Of a stretch of DNA of 64,000 bases, positions 25,449-35,938 are shown piece after piece. This DNA comes from Octopus sinensis (lineage: Eukaryota): positions 65,038,001-65,102,000 of the forward strand of contig NC_043010.1 of assembly GCF_006345805.1 (NCBI RefSeq), in the 5' to 3' direction. The notes below the pieces were generated by a model. It searched no databases. It was not told where the DNA came from and saw nothing but the letters and a program-made list of their open reading frames with translations. The translations under genes were made by a program, and so were the position numbers. Numbering within the stretch: the first letter of the stretch is position 1; each line of letters starts with the position of its first letter.

Positions 25449-25738
25449 ATATTTTTTAAATGTCTTACTTTGAAAAATTGCATTCGGTGGGATTAGTAAT
25501 ATTTTTGGTAGAAATGACTAATTGTCCCTCTTAGCGTGTGGCATGTATGTATAGTGCCTTCTGGCATGTATGTATAATGCCCTCTATATATAAATTAATA
25601 TGTTCAATAAGAAATAATTATTTTCGAAATTTTTTCTCTTATGAGGTTTTCACGCTATCTACCTGACAATTTCTTGTTAAGTTTTCCTTATTAAGTAGTT
25701 GTCCTTAATTGCTATATATATATATATATATATATATA

Positions 25739-25766
25739 TCTTTGTATATATAAAACTGAGAATGTG

Positions 25767-25801
<35 letters not shown>

Positions 25802-26482
25802 GTGTGTGTTTCCCTAAAACTTGAGAACTACACGACCAATTTCATTCAAATTTTACACATGCCTTACTTAGGGCCCGGGGAGTGTCATCGGCCAAAAAAT
25901 TTTCAGCTTCTCTCCTAGAGCGAGCCCATAGCAATATCATATCTTCTCCACTATTTCAGTATTACGAGTTAAAAGTGAAACAAAAACGTTTCTCTATTTT
26001 ATGTCAGATGCTTTCACTTTAACAATAAAAATAATAATAACAATTGAATTATATGTAGTAAGTATAATTAAAATCAAACTAAAGTATAATATAATCGTAA
26101 AATACAAAAGTAAAAATAGCACTTGGTATAAAATTGCATCAATGATTTGAACTTGAATAAGTGGTTTCACATGAATGGGAATAAACTAAAAATATAATTA
26201 GCGTGCAGAAATGGAATAGTCCAGGGGGATAATAAAAAATTAAATTAAAGAAAAGACTATTGTCTATAAAGTATACAATGTAGAGAAAAAAAGAAGAGCT
26301 AACAATTCCAGTCTGTTATATATTTTGGGTATTGTTATCACGAGCGATATCAAGATATAACTTTGTATTTTGCCCGGTATGTGTAGATGTATATATATAT
26401 ATATATAGATGTACATGCATTATGTACACATATATACATGCACTAGCACTATGACCCGGCAGCGACGGGTCTTTAATGCTAG
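25739..26482 (+). mobile_element. Non-autonomous Helitron, apparently complete
   Basis: A|TC 5' end (tctttgtatatataaaac), internal (GTCT)n, 3' hairpin gacccggcagcgacgggtc, then CTAG|T. Confidence 0.85.
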
Positions 26483-26499
26483 TATATATATATATATAT

Positions 26500-27560
26500 A
26501 TGTATGTCTGTACGTATATATATAGTAAAAATTTACAAAAAATACAAGACGAAGACAGTTGTGTAAAAAACAAACAGATGTATTAGTTTAACGCTCGGGA
26601 AGTGAGAATATCTTAAACGTTTCGAGCCTACGCTCTTCGGCAGAAAGGAACACAGAAATAAACAGGGAGAGAAAATAACGAATGTTTGGTGGCAAGCATT
26701 CTATCATGGCGAATTCCGGACAGAGGGGGACAAGAGTGGGGTGTAGGTTAGACTGAGTGTGGGGATAGGGTTGGGGTATGTGGGAGGGAGGTGAAAAGGA
26801 TGCAGTGGTAGTGGGATGGGTTGTATAGGGAAGATGAAGTTGGATACTGTAGGGGTGGGTTGACGAGGGAGGTGTGCCGATGAAGTGAGAGGGGAGAGTT
26901 AGAGAGGAGAGTGAGAGGGGGAAGGGAGAGGGGAAAGGAGAGGGATGTGGGAGTGAAGAGAAGTAGGTGTTAGAGCAAGAAAGATGAGGTGGTTGCGAAG
27001 ACGTAGGAGTGAGAGGAAGAGAGGAGAGGGGAGGAGGGTTAGATGAAGAGGGGAGGAGAGTTGAGTCCATGAGGCGCAATGAGCAAAGAGAAAAGATTAA
27101 TTGCTGTTCACGTGGAAGACGGGATTCCGGATGGCCCCTGTGCAAGGACAATCCGAACACAAATTGGTGTTGCAAAGAATGACTGGTAGAACGGAAATGT
27201 CACGAGACCGCGGTATCATTTCCGAGTCGGATATCTCGGAGGTGTTCCGAGAACCAGTCAGCCGAGCGGCGTCCTGTTTGACTGATATACAGAGAAAGAC
27301 AGAAAGAACAGAAGATGCAGTAGATGACGTTGCTAGAAGTGCAGGGGAAGGAGTCGGCGATATGATAGGGTCGGTGATGGGTGCCTGTGAGGAGGGTGGT
27401 GTTGGAGAGGTGAGGGCAAGTGTGGCAGCGTTGGCGGGAGCTGGGGAACGAGCCGGGTTGGGAGGCTGCGTTAGGGAAGAAGCTGTGGACCAAGAGGTCA
27501 CGTAGGGTGTGGGCGCGTTTGAAGGAAGGTTAGGGAAGATGTGATACGCGTGTTGATGCA
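26500..27560 (-). mobile_element. Penelope-like element 3' part: GIY-YIG, polypyrimidine 3'UTR, pLTR with variant hammerhead (26613-26647, CUGCCGA)
   Basis: CTSSNVIYCIFCSFCLSLYISQTGRR..EHLRDIR. Confidence 0.88.
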
Positions 27561-27769
27561 TGCTTTATATATCAATGCATTAGATTCAACTGTTTCTGCT
27601 ATAACACTGTATTAAAACAACGTAATTTTAATACAAAGAAAACATTTCATCATTTAATAACGATTCAGTCATAAAAACACAAACGCCATTCATTAAAATC
27701 CACTATGATCTAAATTCACGCAATGCACTGGCAATTAAAAGTGCTATGGATGGAAAGGAATTTTAATAT

Positions 27770-28525
27770 TATTTACATTTGACGGATATTTGACCTCGTC
27801 TTGTCTGTTGTTAACGCAACGTTTCGGCTGATATATTCCCCAGCCTTCATCAGGTGTCCTGGGTAAATTTCGAACCTGAGTTCTCATTCCTAAGGTATTT
27901 TCCTGAGGTTATTTTATTATTATAATCGAGCTCGGAATCTTGGGGTTAGTAACCTGCGCCCTTTACCACAACGCCATATGACCGTGGACAATTATGGACT
28001 GAATATTAGAGCTTATAAATCTAATATTTTCCTATCCTTCCTTAATACCGGTTCCCATATGTTGGTCATATCTGCACTCAGTCTGCTTAGGAGGTTACTA
28101 TGTCCTACCATATGTGCTGTTTCTTTTAGTTTTCGTATTTTCCAGTGCTGTTTTATGTCTATTATTTTAACTTCGCCCCACAAGCGGAGGTGGTATCCGT
28201 ATTTTTCTATACATGATCAGCTATACCCGATTTGTCAATATCTCCTCGTGTCACAGCTTTGCGATGTTCCTTTAGGTTAAGAGCGCGGGCTACTATCCCC
28301 AAGATTCGAAGTTCGAATCCAGGCAGTGACCGAATAATAATAATAATAATAATAATATAATAATAATAATAATAATAATAATATAATAATAACAACATCG
28401 GTAAAATTCCTTAGGAATGAGAACCCCGAAACGTTGTGTTAACAACAAACAAGATGCGTACAAATATCCATGAAATGTAAATAATGTAAATAATGTACAT
28501 AATTTCTCATCTCTCAAATATAGAT
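27770..28525 (-). mobile_element. Penelope-like element: GIY-YIG C-terminus (27980-28274), 3' pLTR (27770-27975) and inverted 5' pLTR copy (28275-28525)
   Basis: LKEHRKA..SGIADH..EVKIID..HWKIRKLKE..IWEP on minus. The two flanks are mutually inverted and contain a tRNA-like A/B-box segment. Confidence 0.8.
27814..27857 (-). ncRNA. Minimal Type I hammerhead ribozyme in pLTR
   Basis: ACAC CUGAUGA A GGCUG-GGGAAUAUAU-CAGCC GAA AC GUU/GCGU. Intact core, palindromic AACGUU stem III, one stem I mismatch. Confidence 0.75.
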
Positions 28526-28814
28526 GAGAAAAGAATTTTTGTTGGATGGATATTATCTCCTGAGTTCATAGCCACAATATTATTAAATCAATACAAGTTT
28601 CTACCAATCATAGTGTTTGTCTCTTCTGAAGTTCAAAGTAAAATGTAAACAAAACATTATTTCCATACTCAAAGAATCAGTAGTGGAGAGAAAACAGTTC
28701 AAATTTCACCAACTATTATAATGTTCTTTCAATTAACTGTATAATAATTACATACGGCCACACCTTGAAACAGTTCAAATTTCACCAACTATTATAATGT
28801 TCTTTCAATTAACT

Positions 28815-29433
28815 GTATAATAATTATATACGGCCACACCTTGAATACTGCTGCCCACTGTGGTCTCCCCATACAAGACAAAACATCTCCAGAATTGAGT
28901 CTCCCCAGAGGGCACTCACTAAACGAATTGAAGGCATGGCCGCTCTCGATTATTGGGATCGCCTTAAAGCCTTGAAACTTTACTCCTTCCAGCGTCGCCG
29001 TGAGCGGTACATCATTTGTACGATGTGGAGAATATACCACCAACTTTGCCCAAACGACCTTAACATTAGCTTCAAGGTTCATCCAAGACTGGGACCACGG
29101 GCCATACGACCCTTGCCCAGTTCAAGATCACAACATACATGTACACTGCAACACAATTTCTTTTCCTCAACAGGCCCTGCCCTATTTAACATTGTCCCGA
29201 AGGAGATCAAAGAGGAAAAGGATCCCATCAAGTTTAAACGGAGTCTGGATAGATTCCTTCAAAGAATAAGCCACCCATAATTGGATTCAACTCACCCAAC
29301 AAGAACTCACTACTTGAGAAAAACTTGCCTTAAACAGGATTCGCATAATCCTATCAGGTGGTGCTATTAAGTTAGACATGGCCTGGACCAATCTTTGGTC
29401 GAAACATATCTATGTTTATCTAAGTCTAAGTTT
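28815..29433 (+). mobile_element. CR1/L2-group LINE 3' fragment
   Basis: IRPHLEYCCPLWSP and YWDRLKALKLYSFQRRRERYII..LFNIVPKEIK..FKRSLDRFL; short ctaagt tail. Confidence 0.88.
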
Positions 29434-29667
29434 ATACACTATTTGAACGCAAATGAACAAACGTAATTTGAATCGACAGGGCTTGTAACTTGCCGCTGGA
29501 ACTATTAAAAATAGCAACATCGACCTTCCTGTCAAACCACACATCAGTGTCTTAAAAAAGATAGGATGGTCACAGCTGGAACCCCCTTGGTCATCGTCCT
29601 GCTTAATCAGGCCTAAATGAGACTAAGTAACAACAGTAACGGGAATATCATTTTAAACAATACTTAC

Positions 29668-29922
29668 GGCTTTTCATTCGATTGTATATTCTCAGTTGAT
29701 ATATCTTGTATGGCTTATCAAACGTCACTTGCCAAAATGGGTTTCTTTCCTTAGTATGTGCACATGATTCATGTGTGACTCCAGGATCAAAATTGCCGTC
29801 AACCGCCTTGTCGGATGTCATGCCTACATTCCTGTCAATACATGTTCCATTATAGAAAACACGTGTTCCTGACTCTCCATAAGTACTTGATTGATTTGTT
29901 TGTTTACCTTCAGCAATATTAA
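29668..29922 (-). CDS. F-type lectin domain, N-terminal half: VNIAEGKQTNQSSTYGESGTRVFYNGTCIDRNVGMTSDKAVDGNFDPGVTHESCAHTKERNPFWQVTFDKPYKIYQLRIYNRMKS
   Basis: tctttttcag acceptor, C|gtaagt donor, 255 bp, phase 1-1. NIA..K...QSS, AVDG, CAHT, PFW.V and IYNR motifs. Missed by the ORF track. Confidence 0.92.
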
Positions 29923-30300
29923 CTGAAAAAGATAGGAGCCTGAATTAATAATTAGTACAAAGTTTTAAGTTCAATATATTTTGAAAGCGTATTTTCTGAG
30001 TGACATATTTCTATAGCTCCACTTTTTTGTACATAGTAATAATAATAAAGTAGTATATACTTAAAATATACCACGTTTGTATCATCCCAAAGTACCAAAA
30101 GGAAGATAGCTGTTATAAGACAAAAAATTGACATTTATAAACTAAATATTCATTAAAAAAATCAGGCAAGAATATCGAGAAAGTTAATATTATATCTCAT
30201 ACAATTTCCATAAGTTCTACATAAGGCTGAATTTTTAGCGCTAAATTATTTTATATTACATATTAGATAATTTTCTAAATTGATAACGTAAAATAGTATT

Positions 30301-30731
30301 TCTTTTACTGTTTTACTCTTTTACTTGTTTAAGTCATTTGACTACGGCCATACTGGAGCACCACCTTTAATCGAGCAACTCGACCCCGGGACTTATTCTT
30401 TGTAAGCCCAGTACTTATTCTATCGGTCTCTTTTGTCGAACCGCTAATTGACGGGGACAAAAACACACCAGCATCGGTTGTCAAGCAATGCTAAGGGGAC
30501 AAACACAGACACACAAACACACACACACACACACACACACCACACACACACATATATATATATACATATATACATATATGCAACGTGCTTCTTTCACTTT
30601 CCGTCTACCAAATCCACTCACAAGCCTTTGGTCGGCCCGAGGCTATAGTAGAAGACACTTGCCCAAGATGCCACGCAGTGGGACTGAACCTGGAACCATG
30701 TGGTTGGTAAACAAGCTACTTACCACACAGC
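30301..30731 (-). mobile_element. Full-length Octopus-type tRNA-derived SINE
   Basis: Head gctgtgtggtaagtagcttg..ggttccaggttcagtcccactgcgtgg, central CA/TA microsatellite, tail aagtaaaagagtaaaa. Confidence 0.9.
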
Positions 30732-30819
30732 TGACGAAATTTAATAAATATAAAATTATATAGTACAGTTTCCTCTCGTAAAAAAAAAATCGCTAACGAA
30801 ATATTTCGATAGAATACTA

Positions 30820-31066
30820 TTGGGTTGGTGCATAATTATTGCGGTTTATTTTCAACAAATTTTATTCAACAAAAGCAATAACAATATTTAACAAAATCAT
30901 TTTTAAATGGCGGTCTGGCCCTCTGTGAAGCATATAGGAAGGAGCAATTGAAGTAGATGGTGAATATGCTCTGGAATAATCATTCAAAGATGTTTTATTA
31001 CATGTAGTTGTTTTTGCTGAATAAGATTTGTTGAAAATAAGCCGCAATAATTATGCACCAACCCAA
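30820..31066. mobile_element. Mariner MITE (Hsmar1/MADE1-like terminal inverted repeats), TA target duplication
   Basis: TA|ttgggttggtgcataattattgcgg ... ccgcaataattatgcaccaacccaa|TA. Confidence 0.9.
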
Positions 31067-31135
31067 TAGTATCTTAATTTAATCCACACAAATTAGACGT
31101 ATGAGAAAAAACATTAACATAACTATACACCAATA

Positions 31136-31360
31136 TATTGGGCCATCCCATAAATAATGCAGTTTTTTCAATTGCATAAACTAAAAGTCGGAGGGGGATG
31201 GGATAAACTGATTGTATCAAATTGCTATAAAAGCAGGTAGTACTTTTACGTTGTCTTTATACTCGGCGCAAGTTTTGAGGAATTTGGTTTGCATTGCAGT
31301 TGTATTGTGGTTTAAACATTGTTGTACTGTTCGCTGAACACTTTGGTTTTTGCTGCTTTG
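31136..31360 (+). mobile_element. Mariner 5' end interrupted by a LINE
   Basis: tattgggccatcccataaataatgcagtttttt terminus; a similar terminus lies at ~63822. Confidence 0.55.
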
Positions 31361-33190
31361 TGGCGGTCTCGTTCTGCTTTCCCTCCTCATGGAGGAGGGC
31401 GGGCCGGGTAGAGACGTGGAAGACATCAGATTTTCGGATGGCAGCTGCACTGAGGTGTCCGATCTGGGCGGTCGGGCATTCCGTGAAGCACTGGGAGGGA
31501 GAGAGGAGCAGGGCTAGATAGAAGCTTCGCGGAGGTGGCAAAGGTGTCGGGGTGCAATGTGGATGGAAACGAGTGGAGGGACTGTTCAAGGGTGATAAGG
31601 GGGAGGGTTCTAATGTGGGGGCGGCGACCCCAATGGGTATTATCGTTGATGGGATGGAATATACGGTGGTGTACAAGGCGGACTCGGTGGAAGCAGGAGG
31701 GATCAAAGAGGTAACGAAGAATCAGGTAGATAAGGCGCTGGGGGCGGTCTTGTAGGAAGTCAAATGTCTAACCGGAGGGAGTGGGTTTGGAGTGATTGAG
31801 GGTCAATATGGGAATGCAACCGTGGTAGGTTTGAGTGCTAATGAAGAGGTGATGTTGCCGATGTGTTGTGGAAGGCGTGCCGTGGGGGTCAGCATGGAGT
31901 GAGTCCCCCCAGATGTCGACGTGGCCTGGATGGCGACCGCTGTCTTGTTCGGCAGCGACGAGGAGATGGCGGTTCCCCGAGCCACTGGGACGGAAGCAGG
32001 AGGCTGGAGGGGGCAGTCCCTAAACATGGTGATGCGGGTATCGCGGGAAGTAGTGGAAGAGTTGCCCGAAGCAGTAGCATTAGACTGTATGGTAATGGTG
32101 GTTAGAGTGGAGGGCAGGATTCCCAGATGCTGCAAATGTGGCCAGAAAGGTCACATTAGAGCAAACTGCCCTCTACAGGACAGCGGGAGAGGGGAGGAAC
32201 CAGCAGGAGAAGGAGGGCGAGTGGGTAACACCAGACAGGAAAAGGAAAAGAAAAAGGAGGAAACCAGGTAAAATAAATACAAAACCATATCAGACGACAG
32301 AAAAACTGGAGAGGAAACTAACGAAAATAAAAGGGGTTATTAGGGTGAATCATTCAGAGGGATATAATAAGGATATAAGTTGTATTCAGATGGAAGAAGG
32401 TAAATATAGAACTCTGAAAGAAGCTTTTCCTTCAGATGTAAATCCACTGGGGCCCGAAGTGAGTATTGAACCCAGCGCCCCCGTCGTTAAATATGAGGAC
32501 ATAAAAAAATGACATAAAATGGTATGTTGAGATTATCTTAAAGACCTGTTAAAAACGCTTTGTTTGAAATAATTGAAATCACGTAATCATCCCGGAGCGG
32601 GGCCGGGGTGACCGTTTCACCTTCATTATAAAATTTCCTTTTATTCATTTTTCATGTGTTAATTGCCCCCGCATGTATGTTTGTCCTCTGTATGTTGGTA
32701 CATTTTGGACAATAAAAAATCACTTTATTCTATTCACAAGTCTCTTGTTTGAACTTTTTGCCAGTGTTTCTTGTGTTAAATTTTGAAATGTTGCGGTGAG
32801 TTGCGGTTGTTTTTGCGGTTGTTTTTTTGAAAAAATGTTTATTGCTTCGTTGAAGCAGCTTGTTATCAATCGCCCCACTGCGAGGGAATTAATGTCATTG
32901 TTGAACTGTGCGGCTCTGAGCCAATTCTGTGGGGCGTAAGCCTTTTGTTGGATACACTCAATGTAAGAAGCTTAAGTGTACGTGGCCTGGGGTCAGACTG
33001 GAAACAAGGTCGCTTCCTTAATGACCTCACGTCACATAGTTTGGATGTGATAGTGGCCACGGAAACCAGACTGTGCGGGATGCGGGCCGTTTCTTCCCTC
33101 CAGAACGGCTACAAGCAATTTATTTTCCCATGCCAACCAGGGTGGGGGAGAGACACTCTGCTCTTACGTAAATTGGAGCGAGATCACGAG
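31360..33190 (+). mobile_element. L1/Tx1-like LINE 5' part: ORF1 with CCHC knuckle and start of the APE endonuclease; RT absent
   Basis: VVRVEGRIPRCCKCGQKGHIRANC and TLNVRSL..LDVIVATETR. Confidence 0.8.
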
Positions 33191-34189
33191 CAGTGTGGCC
33201 CATCTGACCTCAACTAAGTCAAACTTTACGAAGCCCAATTTTATTTAGTCCAATGCCTCACTTTCCACATATTTATGTCGAAATCCAAAAATATGACGCT
33301 ACTCTTTACGAGCAAGATTGCCCCTATGGTGACCGCTATTTCAACCACCAGCCTGGAACAAAGTGTTTAATTCAAAGAACTCCAAACATAGCACTCTTGC
33401 TACAACAGAAGCACAACTAAGACCCAAATGAAATCGTACCCCTAATATCTACTGCTGTCCCCAACACAAGATATTTCTACAGCAATATTGTACACTAATT
33501 CCTCTTCCCGGGATCCGACGTACAATCAAAACAACACTCCTAGCCAACATCACAAGCTTCATAAAAACATATTCAGGTGCAGTACTACCAACACGTGATT
33601 TTCCCACAAGTAAAGAAATAAGAAACCATCCATCAGAAACAAGAATAAAATCAACAGACCCAGCACAAACCTTTTCAACAACCCAGTAAACTGGAAAAAA
33701 TACTGTAGCAACAAAAACAAAACAAACAAACGACAAAACCGTCAATGTAACCACAGCTTTATCTACCAAATATTCCTTAACCAGACAAATTATTCTTTCT
33801 TATCCACCCGAAACCTGGCAAAAGAGATTCAGATAAATGTCTTGACTGTCATACTGTGCCTTTGTCGTTACTCCCGTGCATAAACTGGTCCCTCGCTGAC
33901 ATTAAAACATAAGTCCCTTTCGGGACCATTGAAAAAATGTAATCTAGCCACTACTCTAATCTTACCATTTTTGCCGAATGCACAAATCATCAGGTCATCC
34001 TTTAATGCGAAGAGATAAAAGATTTAACACTGGGCTACCGACCAATGAGAAATATCACTGTGACCCGTGCAGATCGCCACGGCAGAAGAAAGAGAGGATT
34101 TGCCGTTTTGCTACATGACGCATTCACTGCAGATGCGGATGTTTCATGCACCATACTGTGAATCAGCAGCTGCGTGTAACAAAACCAAT

Positions 34190-34494
34190 GCTTCTGTTAT
34201 AATTATGGTCACCTCAACTGGCCCTGCTTTCATTAACAGCAGGCCAAGACACATAAAAGAAGAAAAAGATCTCATGGTATTCAGGCATTCCCCGGATGAA
34301 TATCCCGAACAAATTCCAGATAAATCAAGTACACCCGGATAAATCTCTGCAAACAATAACTCTTTACTCGCATGGGCTATGGTACCCAAAACATGTCTGT
34401 AACATGAAGCATGATTAAATGTTTTATTAGTGCTGCTACTAAGTTAGTCATGGCCAGGGTTTATTCTGGCCGAAAGTCATCTAAGTATCTAAGT
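34190..34494 (+). mobile_element. CR1/L2 LINE 3' fragment, same family as 28815-29433
   Basis: STGPAFIN..HIKEEKD; ctaagta tail ends ~30 bp from the donor of exon 34526-34672. Confidence 0.7.
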
Positions 34495-34525
34495 ACCCTC
34501 ATAACCAGAACAAATATGTACTTAC

Positions 34526-34672
34526 CATATGTTTGCATGTCACACTTCTCTCCATACCATCCATCTTCGCAGCCATTACGTTTACACTTTCCAGTAATTT
34601 GGTGACATGATTCCGCTCGAGAACAATGACATTCATTGATACAGTCTTTACCATACAATTGTGGTGGACATC
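34526..34672 (-). CDS. EGF-like exon, 147 bp: GCPPQLYGKDCINECHCSRAESCHQITGKCKRNGCEDGWYGEKCDMQTY
   Basis: caatttag acceptor, G|gtaagt donor, phase 1-1. Joins in frame to the lectin exon (CDMQTY-VNIAEGK). Confidence 0.9.
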
Positions 34673-34948
34673 CTAAATTGATAACATCGAAACAGTTTCT
34701 TTGTAAATGAGCATTAAAATAAAACAGTTATTGAATATAACATTCAATCTTACAAGATCTCACATATAATCAACAAGAGATTCTATGTTTTAAGAGTATC
34801 TCTTGATATAGAATCTCTTGATGTAGCTAACAAGAGATATTATATATCACATTTGCAATCTTAAAATTGCAGAAATTCGCGCACATATATGAAATAAAAA
34901 ATTATGCGATTTCTGTATATATAGAAGCTACATAAGCTACATATGAGA

Positions 34949-35115
34949 CACTAGCGTATCCAGAGTGTGTGCCGCCCGGGGCGGCCCTTTCGTTTGCCGC
35001 CCCGGAACCCACAAAAGCACATATTGCCTATAGCAGACTCAAAAGTAATGCTCCTTTATAAGTGCTGCCAGTGGCGGACCACCCCTACCGCCCCCCAACC
35101 GTAGCTACGCTAATG
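34949..35115. mobile_element. GC-rich MITE (Harbinger-like termini)
   Basis: cactagcgta.. / ..gctacgctaatg imperfect terminal inverted repeats. Confidence 0.5.
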
Positions 35116-35503
35116 AGTTAAGGACACTTTAAAGCATTATAGCTGAGAAGAGAGATTTAAAAGGATTATATCAAACACAAATCAACAGTATGTTAACATT
35201 GCAGTTTTAAGTTACGGGCACACTGGGCAGTTGTGTAGAGGCCTCTTATTTCTAGGGCCCAATTACGATGTATATATCATGTGTCATCCTGTCAGTATGT
35301 AAATATTATAGGCACTAGTTCAATGACTTGCTCGTAGCGAGGGCTACACTGCTACTAAGGTGTGCTAAGGTCGTGTATATGTATGGGTAATACACATATA
35401 TATATATATAGTTACTCCAAACATGAACAAAGAGAAAACACAACAACGCGAGGACGTGGAACAGGTGTAGTGTTATTGGACGCCCAGGAAAGAAGTAAGG
35501 AGG

Positions 35504-35538
35504 ATTTAACGTTTCGAGCGGAGCTCTTCGTCAGAAAC
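35504..35538 (-). ncRNA. Minimal Type I hammerhead in a solo Penelope pLTR (~35410-35620)
   Basis: GUUU CUGACGA A GAGC-UCC-GCUC GAA AC GUU/AAAU; intact core. Confidence 0.7.
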
Positions 35539-35841
35539 ATAGAAAAAGGAAAGGTCCAAGGAAGGGAAGACGGAGAAAGAGAATCGCCAACGATACACAC
35601 GCGGTCACATATTGGACTGACAAGAAGGGAATGGGTGAAGAAAAAGTGCAAGAGAAGAAGGTACGTGTGTGTATGTGCATTCGCTCAGCTCTCTGTGTGA
35701 GCGTGTGTGTGTATGTGTTTTTGTAATAATATCATGTGTGTGTGTGTGTATGTGTGGTTGTGCATAGTATCGTTTACGTTCCTAGGAAGAATTTATAGTA
35801 GGAGTGGCTCCTGTTGTGTGTCTACTTACACATGTGCTTAG

Positions 35842-35905
<64 letters not shown>

Positions 35906-35938
35906 CATATATATATGTGTGTGTGTGTGTGTGAGGTA

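Larger units (their letters stand above)
23357..25712. repeat. Hammerhead-containing ~478-bp tandem array (non-LTR retrozyme/ribozyme satellite-like): ~3.5 units forward (23357-25056) plus ~1.4 inverted (25053-25712)
   Basis: Unit marker agggcattatac at 23371, 23850, 24326 and 24805. Units are nearly identical; both ends abut (TA)n; five ribozyme folds (23506, 23984, 24462, 24941, 25401). Confidence 0.95.

Noticed and set aside
23357-25712. CRISPR-like or loxP-like reading of the array (19-nt twin repeats ggcattatacatacatgcc)
   Set aside because: Eukaryotic context, identical spacers, no cas genes, and no 13-bp loxP arms. The hammerhead explains the unit better.
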